A stretch of 64,000 nt of DNA from Vicinamibacterales bacterium (GTDB taxonomy: Bacteria > Acidobacteriota > Vicinamibacteria > Vicinamibacterales > UBA2999), in NCBI GenBank assembly GCA_035537775.1, contig DATLLQ010000259.1, positions 5,937-69,936 of the forward strand, read 5' to 3'. Positions within the stretch are counted from its first letter, which is position 1; each line of letters starts with the position of its first letter. Shown one piece after another: positions 34,250-42,896 of this stretch. The notes under the pieces were generated by a model. That model did no database searches. It was not told the origin of the DNA and worked only from the letters and a program-made list of their open reading frames with translations. The translations under genes and the position numbers were made by a program.

Positions 34250-34948
34250 ATGATTAATAAACGGGCCGGTCGGCGGGCCGTCGGCAAGCCAACGGCGCCG
34301 AAGCGTTCCGGACGACCAGTCACGCACGACGGCGACACGGAACGCCGGATTCTCGATGGCGCTCACGCCGTCTTCATGCGCCACGGCACCGCCGGAGCGC
34401 GAATGCAGGAAATCGCCCGCGAGGCCGGCGTCAATTCGGCGTTGCTTCACTACTACTTCCGCAGCAAGGAGCGGCTCGCCGACGCCGTGTTCCAGCGCGC
34501 GGCGACGCAACTGCTGCCCAATCTCGTTCGCATCCTGGTGTCCGATGCCGATCTCGAGGTGAAGGTCGCACAGGTCGTCGAGCTGGAGCTGACGCGCCTC
34601 TCCGAGACTCCCTATCTGCCCGGGTACGTCATCAGCGAACTCACACATCATCCGCAGCGCATTCAGCAACTCTTTGCCAGTGTGATCGGCATGGCGCCGG
34701 CTGACGTCGGCGCCCTCGTGCGAGAACGGCTCAGCGCGCAGATCGACGAGCGCGTTCGCGCCGGGCGCATGCAGCCGATCGCCGCCGAACAGTTCGTCGT
34801 CAACCTGCTGGCGCTCTGCATCTTTCCGTTTGCGGCCAGGCCGATGCTGATGGCGCTCCTCGGCCTGGACGAGGCGGGATTCGCGGCATTCATCGATCGG
34901 CGCCGGGCGGAACTGGCTCCGTTCTTCCTGAGGGCTCTCGAGCCATGA
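34250..34948 (+). CDS. TetR/AcrR family transcriptional regulator
   Basis: HTH region RRILDGAHAVFMRHGTAGARMQEIAREAGVNSALLHYYFRSKERL. Confidence 0.9.
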   Translation: MINKRAGRRAVGKPTAPKRSGRPVTHDGDTERRILDGAHAVFMRHGTAGARMQEIAREAGVNSALLHYYFRSKERLADAVFQRAATQLLPNLVRILVSDADLEVKVAQVVELELTRLSETPYLPGYVISELTHHPQRIQQLFASVIGMAPADVGALVRERLSAQIDERVRAGRMQPIAAEQFVVNLLALCIFPFAARPMLMALLGLDEAGFAAFIDRRRAELAPFFLRALEP

Positions 34949-36267
34949 CGACCAGAGCGATGTGGATTGTCCTCGCGGCATTGCTGGCCGCGCCTCGAGG
35001 CGCGGCGGCGCAGGCCCCGCTGCCACCCATACCGTCCAGATCGTTCGAGCTGGGCCCTCTGCAGCAGGCCGCCGTCGACACGGACCCGCGGATGCAGCAG
35101 CTTCAGTTGCTGCTGGCGCAGTCCGAGCTGAGGCTGCGCAACATCGGCGCGCAACGGCTGCCCACGCTCGTGGTGGACGGACAGGCTCAGTACCAGTCCG
35201 ACGTCGCCCATCTGGAGAGCGTGATCCCTGGTGTCGACGCGCTGATTCTGCCGCCCAAAGACACCTTCGACACCGGTGTCAACGTCGAGCAGCGGCTTCT
35301 CGATCCGTCGCTCGCTGCACAGAGCGCGCTCGAACGTGCGCAGCTTGCCGAAAATCAGGCGCGCGTTCGTTCGACGCTCTTTGCTTTGCGTCAGCAGGTC
35401 AACGACGCCTTCTTCACGGCCGCGGGGCTCGAGGCTCGAGCTGGAGCCCTCGAAGCCACGATCGCGGACCTGAACACGCGGCTCACCGAAACGAACGCCC
35501 GGGTACGCGAAGGCACCGCGCTTCCCGCTGAATCAGCGGCCATAGAAGCCACCCTGCTGCAGCGACAGCAGGACGCCGACGATCTGTGGTCCAGCCGCCG
35601 GGCAGCCCTCGATCGCCTGGAGACGCTGACCGGCCAGAGTGTCGCGAATACGGACTCGCTCAGGCTGCCAGACCTCGCGGCCGCCGTGGCTCGCGCGCGC
35701 CAGTCGGCCGTTCCACTTCGCGCGAGGCCCGAGTTCGACCAGTTCGCGCGCACACGCGACAGGATCGCGCGGCAGCAGGAACTGACGACGGCGCAGGAAC
35801 GGCCGCGGCTCTCCGCGTACGGGCGCGTCGGGTATGGCCAACCGGGGCTGAACTTCATCCAATCCGCGTTTCAGGCGTACGGCCTCGGCGGCGTCCGGCT
35901 CCAGTGGAACGCCTGGACATGGGACACCGGCACTCGGGAACGTGAGGCGCTCCGGATCCAGCAGCGCGTCGTCGAGACTGACGAGGCGGCGTTCGCAAAA
36001 CAACTCGTCACAACCACGCACAGCGATGAGGCCGCCATCGATCGCCTGGAACGAGCCCTCGCAACCGATGAGCGCATCGTCACGCTGAGAGAACAGGTCG
36101 AGCGCTCGGCGCAGATTCGACTTCAGGAGGGCGTCGTGACCGCGTCGGAGTATCTCGATCGCAACACCGAACTGTTGCAGGCGCGCTTCGCGCGTGCCGG
36201 CCACGAAGTCGAGCTCGCACAGGCGAGCGCGCGTTTCCTGACTACGCTCGGACTGGAGGTGCGGTGA
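34945..36267 (+). CDS. TolC-family outer membrane efflux protein
   Basis: ATGA overlap with the TetR stop. Signal peptide. Two-repeat coiled-coil/beta-barrel OEP pattern. Confidence 0.85.
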   Translation: MTTRAMWIVLAALLAAPRGAAAQAPLPPIPSRSFELGPLQQAAVDTDPRMQQLQLLLAQSELRLRNIGAQRLPTLVVDGQAQYQSDVAHLESVIPGVDALILPPKDTFDTGVNVEQRLLDPSLAAQSALERAQLAENQARVRSTLFALRQQVNDAFFTAAGLEARAGALEATIADLNTRLTETNARVREGTALPAESAAIEATLLQRQQDADDLWSSRRAALDRLETLTGQSVANTDSLRLPDLAAAVARARQSAVPLRARPEFDQFARTRDRIARQQELTTAQERPRLSAYGRVGYGQPGLNFIQSAFQAYGLGGVRLQWNAWTWDTGTREREALRIQQRVVETDEAAFAKQLVTTTHSDEAAIDRLERALATDERIVTLREQVERSAQIRLQEGVVTASEYLDRNTELLQARFARAGHEVELAQASARFLTTLGLEVR

Positions 36268-37280
36268 TGCGCGCGTCTGCCGCAGGTGTGCTCTGTGTGT
36301 CGCTGCTGACAGCCGGGTGCGGCCGAGAGCCGCAGCCTGATGCGTATGGCAACGTCGAAGCCACTGAAGTCGTGGTCTCGTCGGAGGTTGGCGGCCAATT
36401 GACGACGTTTGGCGTCGAGGAAGGTCAGTCGCTGACCGCAGGGCAGCAGATCGCGACCATCGATCCGACGCCGCTCACGCTGCAGCGTGACCAGGCGGTG
36501 GCCCAGCGCGAGGCCGCTTCGTCACGGGCCGGCGAAATCGTGAGGCAGGTGCAGGTGCTGAACGCGCAGCGCGAGGCCCTGCAGGCCCAGCGCGACGCGG
36601 CGGCCGCCCAGCGCAACGTGCTGCAGTCGCAGCAGGAGATCGCCCAGCGCAACCACGAACGGATCCGGCGGCTCTTTGCGCAGCAGGCCGCCACCGCGCA
36701 GCAGCTCGACCAGGCGGAGCGCGATGATCGCGTTCTCGCGGCGCAGATCAAGGCGCAGGACGAACAGATCCAGGCTCACGATCGTCAGGTCGCCGCGCAG
36801 AGCGCGCAGGTTGCAGCGGCGCAGCAGCAGGAGCGCACCGCGCAGGCGCAGATTGCCGCCGCCGGCGCGCAGGTGGCGCAGCTCGACGATCGGATCCGCC
36901 GGGCCGGCGTCACCAACCCCAGCGCCGGTACCGTTCTCGCGACGTACGTGGAAGCAGGGGAGGTGGTCCAGGCCGGGCAGCCGCTGTACCGGATCGCCGA
37001 CCTCGGAGTCGTGGACGTGCGCGCGTACATCAGCGAGCCGCAGCTGGCTCTCGTGATGGTCGGTCAGCAGGCGCGGGTCAACATCGATGCTGGAGAGTCG
37101 CAGCGTCAGACGCTTGTCGGCACCGTGTCATGGGTGTCGCCAAAGGCCGAGTTCACACCAACGCCGATTCAAACGCGCGACGAGCGTGCAGAGCTTGTCT
37201 ACGCCATCAAGATCCGCGTCTCCAATCCGGCCGGCACGTTGAAGATCGGCATGCCGGTGGACGTCGAGTTCGTCCGATGA
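36264..37280 (+). CDS. HlyD-family membrane fusion (periplasmic adaptor) protein
   Basis: Long Q/A-rich coiled coil flanked by lipoyl/beta-barrel segments (ATIDPTPL..., GTLKIGMPVDVEF). The start is either GTG 36264 or ATG 36267. Confidence 0.85.
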   Translation: MMRASAAGVLCVSLLTAGCGREPQPDAYGNVEATEVVVSSEVGGQLTTFGVEEGQSLTAGQQIATIDPTPLTLQRDQAVAQREAASSRAGEIVRQVQVLNAQREALQAQRDAAAAQRNVLQSQQEIAQRNHERIRRLFAQQAATAQQLDQAERDDRVLAAQIKAQDEQIQAHDRQVAAQSAQVAAAQQQERTAQAQIAAAGAQVAQLDDRIRRAGVTNPSAGTVLATYVEAGEVVQAGQPLYRIADLGVVDVRAYISEPQLALVMVGQQARVNIDAGESQRQTLVGTVSWVSPKAEFTPTPIQTRDERAELVYAIKIRVSNPAGTLKIGMPVDVEFVR

Positions 37281-38251
37281 GCGCCGCTCGGGAACAGTCG
37301 GGGCACGTATCAGGTTTCAACAAGGGGCCGGCGGTCGTCGCCGATTCGGTCGCGAAACGTTTCGGCCACACCGTGGCGCTCGACAACGTGTCGTTCTCGG
37401 TCGACGCAGGAGAGCTCTTTGGCTTCATCGGGCCCGACGGTGCAGGAAAGACGACGCTCTTTCGGATTCTGGTCTCGCTCCTGATCCCCGAGTCCGGGCG
37501 AGCCGCGGTTCTCGGTCTCGACGTCGTGCGCGACTACCGAACACTTCGGCGGCGCGTGGGATATATGGCCGGGCGTTTCTCGCTCTATCCGGACCTCAGC
37601 GTCGAAGAGAACCTGACGTTCTTTGCCGGCGTGTTCGGCACGACCATCGAGCGCGAGTACCAGCAGATCGAACCGATCTACGCGCAGCTCGAGCCGTTCA
37701 AGGACCGCCGCGCGGCGGCGCTCTCCGGCGGCATGAAACAGAAGCTCGCGCTCTGCTGCGCGCTCGTGCACCGGCCCGACATCCTGTTTCTCGACGAGCC
37801 GACCACCGGCGTGGACGCCGTGTCCAGGCGTGAGTTCTGGGATCTGCTCGCGCGGTTGAAAACCGGCGGCCTGACAACGATTGTCTCGACGCCGTACATG
37901 GACGAGGCGACTCGATGCGATCGGGTCGCGCTCATGCATCGCGGCCGCCTGCTGGACGTTGCCACGCCGGTAGCAATCACGGAGGCCTTCGGACGGCCCC
38001 TGCTGGCCGTGCGTGTCAGGGACCGTTACCGCGCGCTGCTGGCGCTCCGCACCTACGAGCACACCCACAGCGCGTATCCGTTCGGCGAAGTCATCCACGT
38101 TGCTGACAAGCGCGGCGACCTGCCCATCGGCAGGCTTTCAGCGGATCTCGAGAGCTTCCTGACCACGAGCGGGTTTGCGGGGGCCACCGTCGAGCCGGTT
38201 ACACCGACCGTCGAGGACTGCTTCATCGCGCGTACGGAGGATGCCGCATGA
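37277..38251 (+). CDS. ABC transporter ATP-binding protein (1 of 2)
   Basis: ATGA overlap. Walker A GPDGAGKTT, signature LSGGMKQKL, Walker B ILFLDEPTTGVD. Confidence 0.9.
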   Translation: MSAAREQSGHVSGFNKGPAVVADSVAKRFGHTVALDNVSFSVDAGELFGFIGPDGAGKTTLFRILVSLLIPESGRAAVLGLDVVRDYRTLRRRVGYMAGRFSLYPDLSVEENLTFFAGVFGTTIEREYQQIEPIYAQLEPFKDRRAAALSGGMKQKLALCCALVHRPDILFLDEPTTGVDAVSRREFWDLLARLKTGGLTTIVSTPYMDEATRCDRVALMHRGRLLDVATPVAITEAFGRPLLAVRVRDRYRALLALRTYEHTHSAYPFGEVIHVADKRGDLPIGRLSADLESFLTTSGFAGATVEPVTPTVEDCFIARTEDAA

Positions 38252-39006
38252 GCGAGGTGGCCATTGCCGTCAGTGAGCTGACGCGCACGTTCGGCGACTT
38301 CACGGCGGTCGATCACATCTCATTCGAGGTGACCGCGGGCGAGGTGTTCGGCTTTCTCGGCGCCAATGGTGCCGGGAAGACCACGGCGATCCGCATGCTG
38401 ATCGGCGTGCTCAGCCCGACAGGCGGATCCGCGCGAGTGGCGGGCGCCGACGTCTACACACAGAGCGAGATCATCAAGCGCAACATCGGTTACATGAGCC
38501 AGCGCTTCTCGCTGTACGAGGACCTGACGCCACGCGAGAACATCCGACTCTATGGCGGCATCTACGGGTTAACCCTGGCACAGATTCGCGCGCGCACGGA
38601 GCAGATGCTGACGCGGCTCGACCTCGCGCATGCGGCCGATCAGCCCGTGCGCAGCCTTCCGCTCGGCTGGCGGCAGAAGCTCGCATTCTCCGTGGCGCTG
38701 GTCCACCAGCCGCGCATCGTGTTTCTCGATGAGCCGACGAGCGGCGTGGACCCGGTCACGCGACGACAGTTCTGGGAGCTGATCTACGAAGCCGCGGCCA
38801 ACGGGACCACGGTGCTTGTCACGACCCACTACATGGACGAAGCGGAGTACTGCGATCGAATGTCGATCATGGTCGCGGGCCGCATCGCGGCCATTGGCGC
38901 GCCAGCGGAGCTGAAGCAGCAGCACGGCGTCGCGTCCATCGATGAACTCTTCGTCCAGCTGGCGCGGCCGCCGCGAACGGATCCGGTCACCCCCGATACA
39001 CCATGA
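38248..39006 (+). CDS. ABC transporter ATP-binding protein (2 of 2)
   Basis: ATGA overlap. Walker A GANGAGKTT. Walker B IVFLDEPTSGVD. Confidence 0.9.
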   Translation: MSEVAIAVSELTRTFGDFTAVDHISFEVTAGEVFGFLGANGAGKTTAIRMLIGVLSPTGGSARVAGADVYTQSEIIKRNIGYMSQRFSLYEDLTPRENIRLYGGIYGLTLAQIRARTEQMLTRLDLAHAADQPVRSLPLGWRQKLAFSVALVHQPRIVFLDEPTSGVDPVTRRQFWELIYEAAANGTTVLVTTHYMDEAEYCDRMSIMVAGRIAAIGAPAELKQQHGVASIDELFVQLARPPRTDPVTPDTP

Positions 39007-40106
39007 CCGCACTCTGGGGGCTCCTGCGCAAGGAGTTCTTTCACATCCGCCGCGATCGCCGTACCGCCATCGTCGTGATGGCGATTCCGGTCATTCAGGT
39101 GCTGATCTTCGGATACGCGATCCGCACGGATGTGAACAACGTCCGCCTGGCGATCGTCGACCCCTCCCCGAATCACGTCACCTTGTCACTGAGGAACCGG
39201 TTCGCGGCCAGCGATGTGTTTCAGATCGTCGCCGACGTGCGGCGCGTCGAGGATGTCGACCTGTTGTTTCAGAGCGGCGACGTCCAACAGGCGATCGTTT
39301 TCGGCCAGGGCTTTGCCGAGGACGCCGGACGGGGCGAGCCGGCGCAGCTGCTGCTGATCACCGACGCCACTGAACCGAACATCGGCAGCCTGCTTCAGGC
39401 CTACGCCGAGGCCGTCCTGCGGCAGTACGTGGCAGAGGAAATGGCGCCCGGCGGCGGTGTGCGCATCGCTCCGGTCGTCCGTCTCCGCTTCAACCCGACC
39501 GGCGAGAGCTCGAACCTGTTCGTGCCCGGCCTGATGGCGTTCGTCCTGACGATCATCTCCGCGCTGATGACGGCCATCTCCCTCACGCGCGAGAAAGAAA
39601 CGGGAACGATGGAGACACTCCTCGTGTCGCCGCTCCGCCCGGTCGAGATCATCGCCGGCAAGGTCTTCCCGTATCTCGTGATCGGCTTTCTCAGCGTGCT
39701 GCTCGTGCTCGGTGCCGCCCGGGCCGTCTTTCACGTCCCGCTTCGCGGCAGTGTTCCGCTGCTGCTGTTCGAAAGTGCGCTCTACATCCTCGTGTCGCTC
39801 GCCTTCGGCATCCTCATCTCGAGCCGGACGTCGTCGCAGCGGCTGGCGATGATGGCCACGTTCCTGACCACGCTTCTGCCCAACGTCCTGCTCTCGGGAT
39901 TCATCTTCCCGCTCGAAAGCATGCCGGCGCCGCTCCAGTTGATCTCTTTCGTGATCCCGGGCCGCTGGTTCGTCGTCATTGCCCGCGGAATCATGCTGAA
40001 GGGAATCGGTCTCGAGTACCTGTGGCGCGAAACCGCGTATCTGGCAGTGCTCGCCGTGTTCCTGCTCACCGTCAGCGTGCGATCGTTCCGGGAGCGACTG
40101 GAGTAG
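39003..40106 (+). CDS. ABC-2 type transporter permease (YbhS/YbhR-like)
   Basis: ATGA overlap. N-terminus LRKEFFHIRRDRRT followed by a large periplasmic loop and 5-6 TM helices. Confidence 0.85.
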   Translation: MTALWGLLRKEFFHIRRDRRTAIVVMAIPVIQVLIFGYAIRTDVNNVRLAIVDPSPNHVTLSLRNRFAASDVFQIVADVRRVEDVDLLFQSGDVQQAIVFGQGFAEDAGRGEPAQLLLITDATEPNIGSLLQAYAEAVLRQYVAEEMAPGGGVRIAPVVRLRFNPTGESSNLFVPGLMAFVLTIISALMTAISLTREKETGTMETLLVSPLRPVEIIAGKVFPYLVIGFLSVLLVLGAARAVFHVPLRGSVPLLLFESALYILVSLAFGILISSRTSSQRLAMMATFLTTLLPNVLLSGFIFPLESMPAPLQLISFVIPGRWFVVIARGIMLKGIGLEYLWRETAYLAVLAVFLLTVSVRSFRERLE

Positions 40107-40108
40107 GC

Positions 40109-41209
40109 ATGCGGCGCATCCTCTTTCTCGCCCATGCCGAGGTCCTGCACATCGTCCGCGACCGGATTCTGCTTGCGCAGACGCTGGTCGTGCCGATGGT
40201 ACAGCTGCTCGTCCTGGCGAATGCGGCCACTTTCGAGATCCGCAACTCGCCAATCCATGTCGTTGATTTCGACCGCTCGTCCTCATCGCGTGGGGTTATC
40301 AGCCGGCTGGCCGCCAGCGGACATTTCGATGTCGTGGACGACACGCCGTCGCTCGATCGGGTGAACGAGCGGATGCTCGACGGAACAATCACGATGGCGG
40401 TCATCATCCCCGCCGACTTCGAGCGCTCGCTGATCCGTACCCGAGTCGCGTCGGTGGAACTCTCGGTCAACGGTGAGAAAGGATCGGCGGCGGGCATCGT
40501 CCAGGCATACGCCACGCGGGTGCTGACCGACTTCGCCGCTTCGCTCACACCACAGCGGCCGATGCCGAGGATCGACGTGCGGACGCGCAGCCGGTACAAC
40601 CCAACGCTCAATTACAAGTTCTACATGGTGCCGGGAATTCTGGTGGCGCTGATGACCATCATCGGGTCGCTGCTCAGCGCCCAGAACATCGCGCGTGAGA
40701 AGGAGCTGGGTACGCTCGAGCAGCTCAACGTGACGCCGATCACGCGCGGACAATTCATCGTCGCGAAGCTGCTCCCGTTCTGGGTGCTCGGGCTGATCGA
40801 GCTGTCGCTCGGCCTGCTGATCGCCAGGCTGGTGTTCGGCGTACCGATGGTCGGCAGCCTGCCGCTGCTGTACGCCGTGGCCGCGGTCTACCTGACCGTC
40901 GCGGTCGGCGTCGGGCTGTGGGTCTCGTCACTCGTCGATACGCAGCAACAGGCCATGTTCGTGACGTTCTTCATCGTCAACATCTACCTGCTGATGAGCG
41001 GGCTGTTCACGCCGGTGGACAGCATGGCCCCGTGGGTCCAGACCGTGACGATGATCAACCCCGTGCGGCACTTCGTGGCGATCGCGCGGGCAATTCTCCT
41101 GAAAGGCGCGGGGCCAGCCGAGATCGCACAGCCGTTCCTGATCCTGGCCGTGTCCGCAGTCCTGGTCCTGGCCGTCTCCGTGCGCCAGTATCGAAAACGC
41201 GCCGCCTGA
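40109..41209 (+). CDS. ABC-2 type transporter permease (YbhS/YbhR-like)
   Basis: Re-started at ATG 40109. Paralogous architecture to the preceding permease. Confidence 0.85.
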   Translation: MRRILFLAHAEVLHIVRDRILLAQTLVVPMVQLLVLANAATFEIRNSPIHVVDFDRSSSSRGVISRLAASGHFDVVDDTPSLDRVNERMLDGTITMAVIIPADFERSLIRTRVASVELSVNGEKGSAAGIVQAYATRVLTDFAASLTPQRPMPRIDVRTRSRYNPTLNYKFYMVPGILVALMTIIGSLLSAQNIAREKELGTLEQLNVTPITRGQFIVAKLLPFWVLGLIELSLGLLIARLVFGVPMVGSLPLLYAVAAVYLTVAVGVGLWVSSLVDTQQQAMFVTFFIVNIYLLMSGLFTPVDSMAPWVQTVTMINPVRHFVAIARAILLKGAGPAEIAQPFLILAVSAVLVLAVSVRQYRKRAA

Positions 41210-41239
41210 AGCCAGTTCCGTATGTGTCCGGGCGGTGTT

Positions 41240-41254
41240 CTTTGTATTACAAAG
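41240..41254. promoter_or_regulatory. AT-rich palindrome CTTTGTA-T-TACAAAG upstream of the radical SAM gene
   Basis: Perfect 7-bp arms. Related palindromes at 7596-7620 and 19353-19369. Confidence 0.3.
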
Positions 41255-41264
41255 TTATTTGCAG

Positions 41265-41270
41265 TAACAT
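41265..41270 (+). promoter_or_regulatory. -10-like TAACAT, 6 nt upstream of GTG 41277
   Basis: GCAGTAACAT is shared with the promoter-like box of the gene at 46546. Confidence 0.35.
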
Positions 41271-41276
41271 GGCTGA

Positions 41277-42896
41277 GTGCGGACCGTGCGACGCGTGAAG
41301 CTGATCCTTCCCGCGCTGACCGAGGCGACCAGCCCCTACTGGCGGCCAATCAAGTACTCACTGTTTCCGCCCCTCGGGCTCGCGACCCTGGCGGCATACC
41401 TCGACCCGGACCTCGCCATCACGATCCAGGACGAGCACGTCGAACCGCTCGACCTCGAGGATCACCCCGATCTCGTCGTCATTCAGGTCTACATCACCAA
41501 TGCCTACCGGGCCTACCGCATCGCGGATCACTACCGCGCCCGCGGTGCCTACGTGGTGCTCGGGGGATTGCACGTCACGTCGCTTCCGGACGAGGCAGCC
41601 CCTCACGCGGACACGATCGTGCTCGGGCCCGGCGAAGACACCTTTCCCCGGTTCCTCGACGACCTGGCGGCTGGCCGGCCGGAGCGGCGGTACGTGTCGG
41701 CAATCCGCACGCTCGAGGGCATCCCGCCGATCCGCCGGGATCTGATTCAACGGCACCGCTACCTGGTGCCGAACTCGATCGTAGTGTCGCGCGGCTGCCC
41801 GCACCACTGCTCCTTCTGTTACAAGGACGCATTCTTCACAGGCGGCCGCGGCTTCTACACACAGCGGGTGGACGACGCCCTTGCCGAGATCGCGCGGCTG
41901 CCAGGTAAGCATCTGTACTTCCTGGACGACCATCTCCTCGGCCACGTGCGTTTCGCGCGCGAGCTGTTTCGCGGCATGCGCGGCATGGGACGGGTCTTTC
42001 AGGGCGCGGCCACCGTGGACTCGATCCTTCGTGACGACCTGATCGAGGACGCCGTGGCGGCCGGCCTGCGCAGCCTGTTCGTCGGCTTCGAAAGCCTCTC
42101 ACCGAGCAGCCTCAAGGACGCCAACAAACGGCAGAATCTCGGACGCGACTACCAGCGCGTGGTCCGCAGGCTCGACGACCTGGGCGTGATGATCAACGGC
42201 AGCTTCGTCTTCGGGCTCGACGGAGAACACGGCGACGTCTTCGCGCGTACCGTCGATTGGGCAGTCGAGAGCGGCATCACGACCGCGACCTTCCACATCC
42301 TGACGCCGTACCCGGGGACTGCGCTCCATGCGCGCATGGCCGCGGAGCATCGGCTGGTCACCGACAACTGGGATCTCTACGACACGCGTCACGTCGTCTA
42401 CCAGCCGGCCGGGCTGTCGGCGGAACAGCTGAAAACCGGATACGACTGGTCGTACCAGGCGTTCTATCGCTGGGGCAACATCATGAAGGCCGCGTCGGCG
42501 CATCGCACGGTCAGCCATCGAATGCGGCATGCGGTGTACAGCGCCGGCTGGAAGAAGTTCGAGCCAGCCTGGGACTTCGTGATTCGCGTCAAGCAGCTCG
42601 CGCAGATGCGGCCGCTCCTCGAATCGATTCTGTCGCCCGCCCGGCAGTCTCCAGCATCAGCGGCGGGTCATCGGGACGCCATCAACTCCCGCCAGTTGGT
42701 GACGACAGACAGCGAGGCGCTGTTGACGGTTCGTTCAAGCAGCAACACGCGCCCGTCGAACGTCACGTCGAATGGCGAGCGCGCCACGGGCATGACGGCA
42801 ATCTCGGAGAACACCTGCGGAGGATCGCTCTGGAATCCAGCGCCAGCCGCACGGATACCGGCCCGCATGATGCTGAGGTCATCCAGCGACACATAG
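41277..42896 (+). CDS. B12-binding-domain radical SAM protein
   Basis: N-terminal B12-binding-like region (KLILPALT...PPLGLATLAAYL). Radical SAM cluster motif CPHHCSFC. Start ambiguous (GTG 41277 or GTG 41295). The C-terminal ~80 aa is non-conserved-looking and antisense to the next gene. Confidence 0.8.
   Translation: MRTVRRVKLILPALTEATSPYWRPIKYSLFPPLGLATLAAYLDPDLAITIQDEHVEPLDLEDHPDLVVIQVYITNAYRAYRIADHYRARGAYVVLGGLHVTSLPDEAAPHADTIVLGPGEDTFPRFLDDLAAGRPERRYVSAIRTLEGIPPIRRDLIQRHRYLVPNSIVVSRGCPHHCSFCYKDAFFTGGRGFYTQRVDDALAEIARLPGKHLYFLDDHLLGHVRFARELFRGMRGMGRVFQGAATVDSILRDDLIEDAVAAGLRSLFVGFESLSPSSLKDANKRQNLGRDYQRVVRRLDDLGVMINGSFVFGLDGEHGDVFARTVDWAVESGITTATFHILTPYPGTALHARMAAEHRLVTDNWDLYDTRHVVYQPAGLSAEQLKTGYDWSYQAFYRWGNIMKAASAHRTVSHRMRHAVYSAGWKKFEPAWDFVIRVKQLAQMRPLLESILSPARQSPASAAGHRDAINSRQLVTTDSEALLTVRSSSNTRPSNVTSNGERATGMTAISENTCGGSLWNPAPAARIPARMMLRSSSDT

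Noticed and set aside
41269-41298. Nine-codon Cys-containing ORF (MAECGPCDA) overlapping the radical SAM start, considered as a RiPP precursor
   Set aside because: It is too short, its ATG lies inside the putative -10 box (TAACATGG), and it would lie upstream of the predicted TSS. There are no accompanying RiPP recognition or transport genes.
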